Shown here one piece after another: positions 27,775-40,504 of a DNA stretch of 64,000 nt (positions within the stretch are counted from its first letter, which is position 1; each line of letters opens with the position of its first letter). A program made the translations under genes and the position numbers. The DNA is from Paraspadella gotoi. Taxonomy: Eukaryota; Animalia; Chaetognatha. The DNA lies in assembly GCA_051294375.1 (NCBI GenBank), contig CM119269.1, positions 16,763,030 to 16,827,029 on the forward strand, in the 5' to 3' direction. Under the pieces are notes generated by a model. The model saw only the letters and a program-made list of their open reading frames with translations, did not search any database and was not told the origin of the DNA.

Positions 27775-28020
27775 AATTATATTCTTAAATTTATAAAAAA
27801 ATAGTTATTGCGATGCGAATTAAACACGTATAAAAATTCATGAAATATGAATTCTGTCCCGCCTTAATACTCGCTTTGCAATTCTCCTTGTATGTGGGAC
27901 TCAATCTATCAATCCAATCCAAGAAGTTTGACAATTGTTGCAGTGAAAACTCATTTCAGTTTGAACCAAATCTCAGCCTCAGAAACTCGCATCGAACTTC
28001 CCAGTCGGAGCAAATGTTGA
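25066..28020 (+). CDS. Multi-exon Ser-rich protein of unknown function (exons about 25066-25126, 25193-25320, 25791-25898, 26222-26342, 26480-26522, 26644-26777, 26919-26981, 27145-27198, 27960-28020)
   Basis: Nine AG/GT-bounded blocks whose phases chain 0,2,1,2,0,2,2,2 into one open frame (MIENRDLEGKKIHEQIVLESKEEK...CSTCRESL...CSTCHGSL...RTWLESLNIIAP...). Start and last exon are uncertain and exon edges are approximate. Confidence 0.55.
25940..26140 (-). mobile_element. tRNA-Gly(CCC)-derived SINE
   Basis: 72-nt head at 26069-26140 with acceptor stem GCGGCCA/TGGTCGC, loop CT-CCC-GA, B-box-like GGTTCTAGCCC and a broken anticodon stem. The ~130-nt body is shared with 27270-27402. Confidence 0.8.
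27228..27402 (+). mobile_element. Second, inverted copy of the same SINE with a decayed head
   Basis: GAGGGACGGGGCGCTTAA(C/G)CCGCCTGTAACA..GTGTTACAGCCTGATCCGAAGCT..GGGACTGCTTATATTGAAC..GTCTCTTCA matches the reverse complement of 25940-26060. Confidence 0.85.
27448..27662 (+). mobile_element. 215-bp miniature foldback Penelope-like insertion (different family) with hammerhead core and 17-bp TSD
   Basis: TSD AATTACAATATTGTAAT at 27431-27447 and 27663-27679. Arms 27448-27519 and 27553-27623 are inverted copies. A ~39-nt unpaired tail follows the right arm. Confidence 0.75.
27505..27567 (+). ncRNA. Hammerhead ribozyme core (type-I minimal or type-III fold)
   Basis: CTGATGA 27526-32, extra T, stem II GACTTA/TAAGTC, GAAA 27552-55, then TATC. 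Confidence 0.7.
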
Positions 28021-28056
28021 AAAGATTTCAGTTCTTCGAAGAAGTTAAATCTTCAG

Positions 28057-28119
<63 letters not shown>

Positions 28120-29325
28120 ATAGACAGACCTATAGACTGACCGACAAAGAAAAACAGACGGATCCATTGACAGACAAACAGATAATATTAAAAAAATCCA
28201 TATTTTTCCTTCAACTTGAACAACAATTTGAAGATTCGACGTCGCGATTTTTCGTCGGTGCCGATTACTTCACTCGCTAGGCCGAAGGGAATATTACCAC
28301 AATATGAACATATTAATGCACCACTCCATTGTGGAATAAAAAGACGGTTAGGGATCGTGTGATGGATACAAAATTTGATGTGGAAGAGATTGGGAGATTG
28401 TGATGGAGAAATTGAATGAGAGTGATGATAATCACGACGAAAAAGTGTGACGTTGATGATGGTGGATGATGGTTAATGATATGGGTCGGTGGAAGGTAAG
28501 TCCGTTGAGTAAGTGTTTAAATTTGTTTCTATTTGTGGTCAATCCAGGTTGGCGGGGGGTCATCCACGAAGACAGGATCGTCGACGGCCAGCGAAAGCAT
28601 TACACTTTAAATTGATTGTCCAAACGGCTTGAAGAAAACTCTGAAATAATTAATATTATTGTGGTTTGAATATCAGAGAATAAAATCACGAAACTTGATA
28701 GAAAGGTCATTTAATGATAGAAAGATGGATAGGATTAGTCTCGAAAAATTATTTTCCAAAGTTATCTTAAAACCAAAATTATTCTCTTCTTGTGTTCAAA
28801 TCAATAAACTTTAAAGAACGTGTTCACTGTTCACAGTTCAATACCCCAAGGCCAAAGTGTTATCTTGTTAATAAAATTAGCTGCAGTATATTAAATATCT
28901 TCAGTCCCTAAAAACATATTCGATTTCTTAAATTCTCTACAAAATCTTTAATTTGCAGGATCCTCATGATCCTCATGATCCTCATGATCTTTTGTTTCCC
29001 GCCAACAAAGACACAGTTTTAAAGCGAGTACTACCGTCTTTTCTAAAAAATAAAAAAAGGAAAAAAATAACAAAATGACAACGACTGTGATGTTCAGTCC
29101 ATGAATAAATCTAATCTAATCTAATCTAATCTGCATTGAGTTGTACTTAATTTTTTAATTAAATGTAAGTATAAATTAAAGATTAAAAGAATTATTATTA
29201 AGGTGTAAATGGAGAAAAACAGATTTTATTTATCAATTTATCAAAGGATTTGCCTCCACACATTTTTAAAGCTCGAAATTTGTGATTCAACTCGAACAGA
29301 TAAAAAACTATTCCTTTAGTTTCAG

Positions 29326-30123
29326 TCGATGACGATTTTCAAGTTTTTACCAACAATGAAATTCATTGCAACTCCTATCGTAAAGTAGGAAGGGCACGAA
29401 AAGATGCGAACGAATTTTACCCGGTGAATCTTAGGTTAAAAACTTACTTTGTCATAATTAAACGATTTGATGGAATCAATTTGGCTTCAAAAAAAGGCAA
29501 TGAACGAAGCGGATCAAAGCCAAGACGCTGCCGTCCTTTGTCCCGAAAATAATGAGCGGGTGAGAATAGTAGAAAGTTCAGTTTTAAATTAAGTTTAATT
29601 TTTACTTAACATTATTGATTGAAGACGCTGACGAATGGATACTTCGGCGTCGAAGGATCCGGCGACGGCGATAACCTGGACTTTGGCGTCGACGAAGACG
29701 GCGCCAACGTCGACGAAGACATTGACCGGAAGGCCCACGTCAACGACGCCGATGACGAAGGCGCCAACGAGGATGACGCTTCCAGTGGCGTCGCTCCTCC
29801 ACCATTCGCAAGTATTTCGTGTATCAAATTGGCTTTCGCGTATTTGGGTTATTTATAACTTTGTCTCCCACAGTCTCATTTTATAATTTCTTCAAAGGTG
29901 TAATTTATAATTTAAGGTTTTTAAAAAAAATACTTTTGTCTCCAGCAAAAAGAAAAAAGAAAAACCATCGCGTGAGATTCAACTTAAACTACAACGCCGA
30001 ACCTGGCGACTCTTCGATGAGAAGGCCACGGGAAGGACAAACGGCAGGAAAAAGGTGGCTGGTTCAAAATCTCTCTCTCTCCTCTCTCTCTCATTTCTTC
30101 TCCATCGAGTCTCAATCTCCTCT

Positions 30124-30171
<48 letters not shown>

Positions 30172-31535
30172 GATTTCATAACCAAATTTAGACAATGCAA
30201 ACAGAAACAAAGATAAATATTATATCAAGACATATATATTATATAATTAACCTGTGAATTTATCACAAATCAAACACTTTCGACCCGGCCATAAAGGTTA
30301 TAATTTGTCCTAAACATTGAAGAGCGTTGAATTCTTAAAAGCCCAGGACGACAGACTCCTAAGAACCTTTCTTTGTTCAGATATTCGATCACTGGATCCA
30401 ACGCTCAGCCGCTAATCGCCCCCAAGAGACGAAAGAAGCTGCAAAAGGGAGGAGGTTTTGGTGGAGGAGCAGCAGCAGGTTGGAGGATTGGCTAAGTGAT
30501 TTCATTTTGAGAAGTTTAAAAAGTCTGAACGATCGGAAGGTTTCACTTTTACTACGATATAGTACGACCCAAAGCTTAATACAATGAAGTAAAACCGAAA
30601 GCAAATGCAGTACAAGGTAGTACAATCAAAGCTTTTATAGTACGACCCAAAGCTTAATACAATGAAGTAAAACCGAAAGCAAATGCAGTACAAGGTAGTA
30701 CAATTAAAGCTTTTATAGTATGACCCAAAGCTTAATACAATGAAGTAAAACCAAAAGCAAATGCAGTACAAGGTAGTACAATCAAAGCTTTTATAGTACG
30801 ACCCAAAGCTTAAACCAATGAAGTAAAACCGAAAGCAAATATAGTACAAGGTAGTACAATCAAAGCTTTTATAGTACGACCCAAAGCTTAATACAATGAA
30901 GTAAAACCAAAAGCAAATGCAGCACAAGGTAGTACAATTAAAGCTTTTATAGTATGACCCAAAGCTTAATACAATGAAGTAAAACCAAAAGCAAATGCAG
31001 TACAAGGTAGTACAATCAAAGCTTTTATCGTACGACCCAAAGCTTAATACAATGAAGTAAAACCGAAAGAAAATGCAGTACAAGGTAGTACAATCAAAGC
31101 TTTTATAGTACGACCCAAAGCTAAATACAATGAAGTAAAACCGAAAGCAAATGCAGTACAAGGTAGTACAATCAAAGCTTTTATAGTACGACCCAAAGCT
31201 TAATACAATGAAGTAAAACCAGAAGAAAATGCAGTACAAGGTAGTACAATCAAAGCTTTTATAGTATGACCCAAAGCTTAATACAATGAAGTAAAACCGA
31301 AAGCAACTGCAATACAAGGTAGTACAATCAAAGCTTTTACAGAGCGACATCATTTTTTTTTCTGAGGTGACGACGAGAGTTCATCGGATGAGGACGAAGA
31401 CGACAGGACGAAGCCTTGCGCCAACGCCAGCCTCCTCTGCTGCATCATGATCACTTTCATGATCATCGCTTTTATCGCTGCAATGGTCACTCTCATCGTC
31501 CTGGCACCTTGGGAGAGAGAGGCGAGGGCGAGGGA

Positions 31536-31607
<72 letters not shown>

Positions 31608-32810
31608 ACAAAATAAAAGAAAGAAAGAAGGCTAGGAAGAAAAAGGAAAACCAAAAGAAGGAAAAGAGGAAGAAACCAGAGAGACGGACGACCCGAAGAG
31701 ACAGACAGACAAGATGAGAGACAGACAATGAAAAGTCCGAACTCGTTCCCCTTCTTCGTCAGAAATCCTTCAATGCGAATGACGCGGCGTCGAACGGAAC
31801 CGACCGGAACCGACCGGCCGTCGATGTCGGTTCTATTAGTCACGACGATGAAGAGAACATCAAGACTCACTACGCGTTGGTGCAGGAGAGGGATGGTGAG
31901 TAGAGTGATGTGAAAATAATATATTTTTATATTGGTTGTCGTACCGTTTCATAATTTTATAATTTAGCGTATAGATCATGGAAATAAAAACACATTAAAA
32001 TTATTTTTTTAATTTTATACATTAGTGGGCACCAGTGAACTATATTTATAAATAGTAATAAGTATATAATAGGCTAAAATTTCAAAATGAACATTTTTTA
32101 ATTCTAAGACCGGATTCGTTGCAAAAAGGTGACATAATTCTTTTTTAAAAATCCTTTATTAAATTGGTCAAAAATGCAAAAAACTGTTTAAGATACCGAT
32201 TTTTAATTTACAGCTTAAAAATATAGTTTTTTTGTAATTTTTATTAATTTAATTAATTAATTAATTTTTATATTACAGTATTTTTAATTATGCCATTCTC
32301 TTCATATTTTTAAGAGCTTTCAGAAGATATTAATATTGATTCCTTTTTATATAATGAAGGAAAAAAAATGGAGTTTTAAAATGAAACACGCTCATTATCA
32401 AGACAAATCAGAACCAATTTAAATATATAAATGATTTAGGTTTTTACTACATAAAAAATCTTTCAGATTCAAAAAATCTTTACAAGTTTGCAAATGACTA
32501 TTTTTTTTAGCGGCAGGCTGTCGTGTGTCACCTTGTATATTAGTAAAAAAAGAAAATAAGAATATGTTTAGTAGTTGGAGATAGGGGTTCGAGAACTGGT
32601 GTAATATTATTGCGTTTGAATCTTTCTCTCGCGAAAATCATCACTCAATCAATCAATAATCTCTCAGTTAAGCTCGCCTCTTCATTAGTTTTTTTTCCAT
32701 CTCAGAGGACGAATGTCAATCGGGAAATCGTCAAAGTCCAGTCGATTTGGTTTTCGCCAAATCGGAGTCTTACGCCGGACTCGCCCCTCACACTGATTTG
32801 TTTAAAGTTC

Positions 32811-32866
<56 letters not shown>

Positions 32867-34844
32867 CCTATCTTTTCTTACGCATATTACATCATGTTAG
32901 CTGCCGCATTTCAAATATTTAAATTCAGAATTTCTTTAATTCAGGTCTTAAGGTCGTCGAAATTTCCGTCATCTGGACTCAAATTGGCTTCAGACGACGA
33001 TGGGAGATTATTCGTTGCCGGATTTAGAAAATTTAATATAACCTTCAAGTGAGGAATTCCAGGCGCGTTTCTTGATTAACAAAAAAAATATTATTGATAA
33101 AAAAGATTTTGTTCTTATGAGCGTCGCCGTAAAATAATTTTGATGTATTTTGTTTTTAGGATTTCAAATTTTCTATTACCGTCGGCATCAGTTTTTAATA
33201 CATCGCTGGACCGGTTTGGATTTAGGAAGAAGGCTGCCAGATTTAGGTATTTTAATAATAATGAGGTTTGGCTTTTTCTCTGACAAGGGTTAAATTAGTT
33301 TAGTTTTTAAAGAAAAAAAATTCTGAATAGACTAACAAATAATTTAATTTAATTGATTTATTAAATTTAATTATTTAAATTCATCATAATTTGATACATC
33401 GATTATTTTACACTAATTTTTTAAAATAATTTTTAATATTTTAGTATTAAAAACCTGGACGATATCGTCCTGCATATTAATTATATCAAACATTCATTTT
33501 TCCAGAATGGACTACGTGGATTTTTGGCGTCCGAGCCTCCATCGTCTGAACGGATCTTTGGCGGATCTCGAGATTCACTTCCGGTTCAGGAATTTGGACG
33601 TCGACGAAATCGGGAAAAAGTATTTCATGGTGGCGTTGATGGGGAAAACGACAGGAGGAGGAGGAGGAGGAGGAGGAGGAGGAGGAGGAAGTGGAGGCGA
33701 GAATCAAAGTTTGAGTAGTGTCGAGAGTAAAGCGGGCGGTGAGGTGTCCAGCAGTGAAAAAGTCAATGAGAAGAGCGTTAAAAGCGAAAAAGTAAAAGGA
33801 AAAGGAAACGAAAAGGAAAAAGGAAACCAAAAAGGAAAGGCATCGTCGAGTGAAAAAGAAGTTGAGATCGAAGTGGAAGTCGAATCGAACGCGACGGCGC
33901 ATTGGAAAGGAAGCGGTGGAAGCGAGAGCGGAAGCGGGAGAGGAAGCGGCGTCAACGTGGAGTTGGAATTGGCGAGCGACAAGAAGAAAGAGAGTGTGGG
34001 AGAGGGAGAGAGTTTCGGCGGGAGCGGAGCGAAAGAGAGAGAGGGAAAGGAGGAAAGAGGAGCGAAGAGGGAAGGAGAGAAAGAGAGAGAGGGAAAGGAG
34101 GAAAGAGGAGCGAAGGGGGAAGTAGAGAGAGGTAGAGGTAGAGAAGCGAAGAGGGAAGGAGAGAGAGGTAGAGGTAGAGAAGCGAAGGGGAAGAGAGGAA
34201 GAAGAGGAGACGCGGACGAGGAGGATCGTGGAGCCGGCGAAGGGGCTTGGCCGATCGAAGAGGTTGGAAATAGTTATTAGGAATTAGGAATTAGTTATGT
34301 ATAGTTATTGCTAGATATTGATAATATTATTATCGTCGAATCAATTCGCTAATTCTGTTTTAATCGTGAGTTTTCTCAATTTTGACATAATTATTTAGTT
34401 TTGATATATTTCTAATCGCAGGCGCTGACGACCTCCGTGACGGAGCTGACGTCGATCAACGCCGCCGCTAACGCCGACGGCAAAACCGGCGCTGCCACCT
34501 GGACCGACTTTCGGCCGCCGGAGACGAGTTTCGTCTCCGTTTTTCCGGATCAAAAATCGGCAAAATTTTTCGCGTATGAAGGTCGGTTTTTATTCCGCTT
34601 AAAATTACTATGTGAAACAAAAATTGAATTCAAAATCTTAGAATGAAAGCATATAGTAAGAAAATGATTGTCGATCCTCCTTCAATGTGAAACATGATCT
34701 CATTATGTTTGTTTCGAGTTTCGACGAGTTGAGGGAAAAAACGCTAAGGTTTGATGTGATTGGCTGGAGGCCAGGCTCGTCATTATCCAATGAGAGGGCT
34801 TCGAAGCCAAGTAATTTTTTCTGCCAACGACGTAACTTATCATT

Positions 34845-34889
<45 letters not shown>

Positions 34890-35462
34890 AGAGAGAAGAG
34901 AGAGAGAGGAGGAGAGAGAGAGAGAGAAGAAAAATTGTATTTCAAGATAAGAAGACAAAAATAACTACTGAGTGATACTGATCGAAATTCGACTTACCTG
35001 GATTATCCAATGTTCGCGTGAAAAGTAATATGGTAAGATAAAAAAAGTACAAAATTTTGGTTTAATAATATAAATGCTTTGTATATATAAAGTTAACGAA
35101 AATGATGACGACGACGACGACAACGAAGACGAAAAAGAAAACGACTAAGAAATCAAGAGGAAAAACGTTAGAAAAAATCGTCGCCTTCCCGGGTTGGCCT
35201 GCCAACTTCGACTGAAATTTACCCTTTCTCTCTCTCGTCTCCTTCTATCTCATCTGCTCTCTCGTCTCACTCCTCGTCTCTCTCTCTCCTCTCTCTCTCT
35301 CTCCATCTCCTCACTCTGCTCACTCTCCTCTCTCTCCTTTCTTTCTTTCTTCTTTCTTTCTTTCTTTCTGAAGAACGTTTCTTCCTTCGTAATAGAACAT
35401 TTTTTTTTCAAGACTCAGTGTCTCTCCCACTACACTTTTCTCTGGAAGTGAATTGAAAAAGT

Positions 35463-35533
<71 letters not shown>

Positions 35534-37617
35534 AGAGAGAAGAAGAGAGAGAGAGAGAGATTTAAAATCACGCCATCAAAGGCGCGAATTCTTTTTTTTT
35601 TCGTTCTTCTTTCGAGTCTCAGTCTGATTCCTTCGCAGAGCGAAATCAAAGACCGTGACGATTGTACTGTAGTCGTTACATGGTGATTTTTAAGGAAGGG
35701 CAAGCTTTAATGTCTTTTTTTTTTTATTTCAACTTTTTGAGTGTTTTGTATTATTTTATATTATCTTCCCGGCATCTGCCCACGCAAATGGCGAGTACAA
35801 CTCGGTCCAGAAGTCTCTAGGTACCTCGCGACCCCGTGTTTTTAACTTTCCCCGGATGTAACTCAAGATGAGTGCCCACGTCCTTGAATAGACAATTTAA
35901 CGTTTTTAAATGTAAGCGGAGCTGGACAGAGAGAGAGAGAGAGAGAGAAAGAAGAGTGAAGCTGGTCAGTGCACTAAATGAGATGAGAAATAATTGAGAA
36001 GAATTAGCTAATTTAAGCGATCTTGAGTAGACGTCAAGTATCTTTAAGTATTTTTTACTTTTCGTACACTTCCCACCAAATTTTCTCTCTATATTTAAAT
36101 TAAAAGTCTTTAAAGTTAACTATCATCATGTTAACAATCATTACACAATTCACTATTCGCAATTCACAAAACCCTTCACACGCCATCTTCGCGCTCCTAA
36201 CTCTTCGTTCCTCCCACGCGTTCACAGGCAGTCTCACTAACGCCCCCTGCACCGAAGGCGTGATGTGGTTCGTCGAGCGTCGTGTCTTCCGCTTCGGAGG
36301 AAAACTCGAGGCGGCGCTGGAGAAGTTCGTCGCGCCGGGAGGGAGGAAAAGAGAGGAAAAGGAGATAAGAGTAAGGGAGGAAAAAGGAAAGAGACGAAAG
36401 GAGGGGACAGGGAGGAAAAGAGAGGAAAAGGAGATAAGAGTAAGGGAGGAAAAAGAGAGAAGGAGGAAAGGAGACGGGAGGAAGGAAAGATGGAGGGAAA
36501 AGTGAGAGGGAGGAAAGGATAAGAGGAAAAGAGGAGAGAGAAAAATGACATGAAGGAGGAACGAGGAAAGGAGAGGAAAAGAAGATTATAGTAGCGGGAA
36601 GGAGGAAGGAGAAATTTGAAAGAGGAAGTACTCGGGTTTGATTAATTTACTTCACTATTTAGCTTTACTACGTTAATGGTTTAACCCAAAACATACCGTC
36701 AGTCAGTCAGACCCACGAGTCGAAAGACAGACTAACTCGACAACTGACAGAAAATTCGACCGGCCTTTAAAAAAAAAACAAGAACGGTAATTCAAATGTG
36801 TTGCGCCGCAGTGACTGCCACGTGTATTTTTTGTGACATGACATGATATAATATGACATATAATGACATGACTACATGACTACAATAACTTTCTTTGCCC
36901 ATGTTTTTATGACACGCACTGCATCGGAATTCTGTCTTTTGTTTTTTATAGTTTTCAGATTTTCTGAAGGCGTCCCTAGTAGTCACTTAATTTTGAGGAT
37001 TTTCCCTTCTCAACAAATGAGCATCGAGCAACCAACTATATGCAAGTTATGAGCATTTTCAACGTCAGTGGGACAGACCAACTGACAGACATACAGACGG
37101 ACCGACCGAAAAGGGACTTATTAAGTTGCTCCGCGGGTACTCGCGGCACAACTAAAAAGAAAATAAATTAAAAAAACGAAAGAGAAGGAAAAGATGAACG
37201 AAAGAAGGAAGATAAACACACGAGAAGTCGAAAGGGAAGATGAAAAAAAAGAAAATAAATGGAGGGAGGAGGGGGAAGAGGGGGGGGGCTTGGGACTTAT
37301 GTTTCCCCTTAGTCGTCGTCGTCGTCGTTCCGTCGTCGGGAATGTTGTCGTCTTCATCTTTAAAATTGTCGTCTGCCTCGTTAACTTTGTCATCACTTGT
37401 ATGGTTTAACATTACCTTAACCTTGCAGCTCCTAATTAACTCCTTAACGTTATGCAACGCAGTTATCACTGAATTACGAAGCTGTAATCTTCTTTTAACG
37501 TCCGAGTCATTAACGTCATTACCAGCGTCGTTGTCATGGTAACGCGTTTTCGATTAGGATTTAAACGGACGTCACGTCGTTTATTTCGATTTGGACTCTT
37601 TTCGTCGGGAGCGTTGA
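29326..37617 (+). CDS. Type-II membrane alpha-carbonic-anhydrase-related protein, predicted inactive, about 717 aa from Met 29500. Exons 29326-29423, 29497-29559, 29625-29811, 29946-30054, 30381-30478, 31367-31521, 31763-31895, 32706-32806, 32945-33048, 33160-33246, 33506-34262, 34422-34581, 36228-36370, 37558-37617; 5' end unresolved
   Basis: All phases are consistent. TM helix LLCCIMITFMIIAFIAAMVTLIVLAPW. Alpha-CA motifs occur in order: ECQSGNRQSPVDL, DYVDFWRPSLHRLNG, LEIHF, YEGSLTNAPCTEGVMWFV and DLNGRHV. Confidence 0.85.
30559..31338. repeat. Intronic minisatellite, 10 x 78 bp
   Basis: Unit ATAGTACGACCCAAAGCTTAATACAATGAAGTAAAACCGAAAGCAAATGCAGTACAAGGTAGTACAATCAAAGCTTTT with few substitutions. 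Confidence 0.97.
36776..37158 (-). mobile_element. DINE-1/HINE-like non-autonomous Helentron-type element
   Basis: The minus strand starts TTTTTA, followed by a stem-loop containing a subTIR (plus GTTGCTCCGCGGGTACTCGCGGCACAAC). It also has a (GTCY)n microsatellite, a partner subTIR GTTGCGCCGC at 36800-36809 and a CTTGTTT end. Confidence 0.65.
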
Positions 37618-39667
37618 AGAAACGAGGGGAGGACGGCGACGATGGCGACGACGACGACGATGGCGACGACGAAGAAATGGAAGAATTTCCTTTCTTTTTC
37701 GGATTAAAATTAACAACAGTGAAAAAAAACAACAATCTCACGGTAACAACAAAAAAACCTGAAAACCTCGCAGTAAGCATTTTCATTACGTTTCATATAT
37801 ATCTCGAGTGAGATTTTAATTTTGAGCATGAATACACTATTAATAAAATATTTTTGGAATAAGAATTTATAATGCGTTTTCCGTATTGCGTTGCTGTTGA
37901 GGGGAAATAAGTAATAGGGAGATAACTAATAGGGAGCTTAGTAGAGCTAAGGGATCCTTCATTTTTGTCTTGCAGTTGTTTACGTTTTAGGCCTTTTACA
38001 TAAGTGTGCAAAGTTTTACTCTATATTTTTATTTATCTCAGGAAATCTTTACATTAACTTTTTTTTCGGGAGATATTAAGCGATTTAAAGTTTGAATCTT
38101 TGATGTCTTTCAGTCTTTTGAGCTGATTATTTTTTTTTTATATTTTTTTTTTTCTCCAATTTTGTTTTCATTTTGTTTATCATTTAGATTTTCATTTTGT
38201 TTTTCTTCGCGCCTGGCGTCGGTGGCGTCCTCTTTATTCTCGGGCGGAAAAGAAAAAAAAGAGCGAGAGAGTGTTTTCTCGTAATTCGTGTTAGTGGGAT
38301 TATCCGCGCCCTCACGCGCCGCGCGACTCTGCTGGTTGTCTGGGAGATGTCCGCCGCGCCGATTTCGAGCGCGGAAACTTAAAAAAAAAAGAAAAGAAAA
38401 GAAAAATAGAAAAAAAAAAGGAAATATGCAAATGCGAAATAAGATCCGGGAGGAACCGGGCGGAAGGGGGCGTGGAGGCGTGGAGGCGTTGAGATGAAAT
38501 TCGAGACGAAATCGTGGGTTTGTGGAATCTTGAGATTGAGTTTAGAGGAAAGGAGATGGAATCGTTGATGGAATCGTTGTTGGAGATGGAACCGCGGGTT
38601 GGAACGGAATGGTTGATAAAAGTTTAAAAGTCTAACTACGGAATCTGAATCGAAAATAAACTTTAATATTAATCTCAATGAATTTAGTTTCGATTATATT
38701 ATCACATCCATTTTTTAAAAAATAACGTAGTAAAAGGATTCTAAAGAATTTTTTTCGTAGCTGAATATTTACACCTTTTTTTTAAAATTGTTTCTTTTGT
38801 TGTTTTATCATTTTAATTCTTTTATCGTTCTTAACTGTCACAATTATGTTCTTTGTATTTCGGAAAAAAGAATTTTCAAATTACGATCCATTAGAAAAAA
38901 GTCACGACTTTCGCTTGTAAAATAGACAAATTTTTATTTTAATCTATTTTTTCTTTAACCTTTCGGTTTTGTTGTTGTTTTTTTTAATACCATTTCTTGT
39001 TTTCATCCTTCTTTTTAAGCTAATCTCTTTTCTTTCCCTCTTCAATTTTCTTTTCTGCACCCTTTTCATTTTTTATTACCGTCTTTCATTTTCCTCGGCG
39101 CTCATTCGTGAAATCTCGATTTCTCTTTTCCTCGGCGCGAAAAACTGTAGACGCTATAAAAAGAAAACAGGCGCCGTTTCATTCGTATAAAATCGGCGCC
39201 GACCGCTGATGGCGATGCTGACGGCCGCTGCTGACGCAGCTGCTGCTCACATGGGCTGCTGCGAGGCTACCTTCTACTCGAGGTCAACGACATCAACTTC
39301 GACATTTTTACTTATTTCTTTTTCATTTCTTTCTTTCTTTTTTTCTTTCTTTCTTTCTTGTCTTTGTTTTTCTTTCTTTCTTTCTTTCTATTTCTTTCTT
39401 CTTTCTTTCTTTCTTTCTTTCTTTCTTTTTTTCTTTTTTCTTTTCCCTTTTTCTTTTTTTCTTTCTTTCTGTTCTTTCAAGATTAAAGATTATCATTTAG
39501 TTCAGATAAAGATCTTTTGGCACCCTGATGTCTTAAGTATCACTAACAAGGATCGTGATCCCTCCTCAGACTGATACTCCAATAGCGTCTCTCTTTTCTA
39601 GTATTGCAGTCTCATCTCACACTTTGTCGTCATCGCCCCACGGAGAGAGATTCGGGGCGCTTCTCAT

Positions 39668-39701
<34 letters not shown>

Positions 39702-40282
39702 GAGAGGAGAGGAGAGAGAGGAGGAGAGGAAGAGAGAGAGAGAGAGAGAGATATCGGGGCGCCGAGCTCGCATAAATTTCTCATCGAATTCATGAAAGTC
39801 TTTTTCATTTTTTTTTGGGCAGAGAGAGAGAGAGAGAGAGAGAGCTCATTTTTACGGCAATGGCTGTAAAATCGACGGAGAAAAAGAGGCCTTTGCTATG
39901 GAAGCTGACGAGAAGAATAAAAATGTTAAGACCTCGTGAATAAGTTGAGCGTTTTTGCTCCAAATTATATTTTAATGGGAATTTTCTCGCACTCTCCCGT
40001 GCAAGTCTAACCATCTACAGTTTCACTTTAGTTGGATTATTCAACTTGAACTTGTCGACCGAATACAAGTATAAAATATAGCAAAAGCTGTCGTCGACAA
40101 CGGCGATGACGCTGACGACGACTTCGACGGCGACTCTGGCTTCACGATTGTTAAATCAAAAAGTATCTTTGTGGTCATTCCCCAGACAGGCTCGGGAAGT
40201 ACGACTAATTTCATCCCGAAGTAATTATGTACGCGAATCTCCACCAAAAATCCCAAATCAGATTTAGTTACGTAATGATATA

Positions 40283-40504
40283 TGTAGTCGGGCATTGCCT
40301 AGGTTCACCCCGCCTATAAGCATAACTCTTTCTGTTGTGACCCGGTGGCTCATTGAGTAAAGCCATCAGCTCATGACCACTAAGTACCGGGTTCAATCCC
40401 AACCTGTTACCTACCATGCGGCAAGAGTGAGGACGGCCGTAAGCCGCCTTGGGGGCGTGGCAAACCCTAGGCCTAGCTCCAAGCCTTATCCAGCCTTATC
40501 CACA
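40283..40504 (+). mobile_element. 222-bp solo LTR (TGT...ACA, TATA TSD) containing a tRNA-Met-like Pol III unit
   Basis: TATA at 40279-82 and 40505-08. TATAAG at 40315-20, A-box TGGCTCATTGAG at 40346-57, loop CT-CAT-GA, B-box GGTTCAATCCC at 40390-400. A second copy starts at the same TG (6108). Confidence 0.7.

Noticed and set aside
30502-31353. 283-aa Cys/Phe/Tyr-rich ORF, or a CRISPR-like array
   Set aside because: It is the antisense reading of a 78-bp minisatellite inside an intron. There are no unique spacers, no cas genes, and the context is eukaryotic.
36361-36366. Non-canonical GA donor in the CA-like gene
   Set aside because: An in-frame canonical GTAAGG donor lies 9 nt downstream.
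40339-40410. Functional tRNA-Met gene
   Set aside because: Acceptor and anticodon stems pair poorly, and it lies within a TG...CA repeat with TSD.
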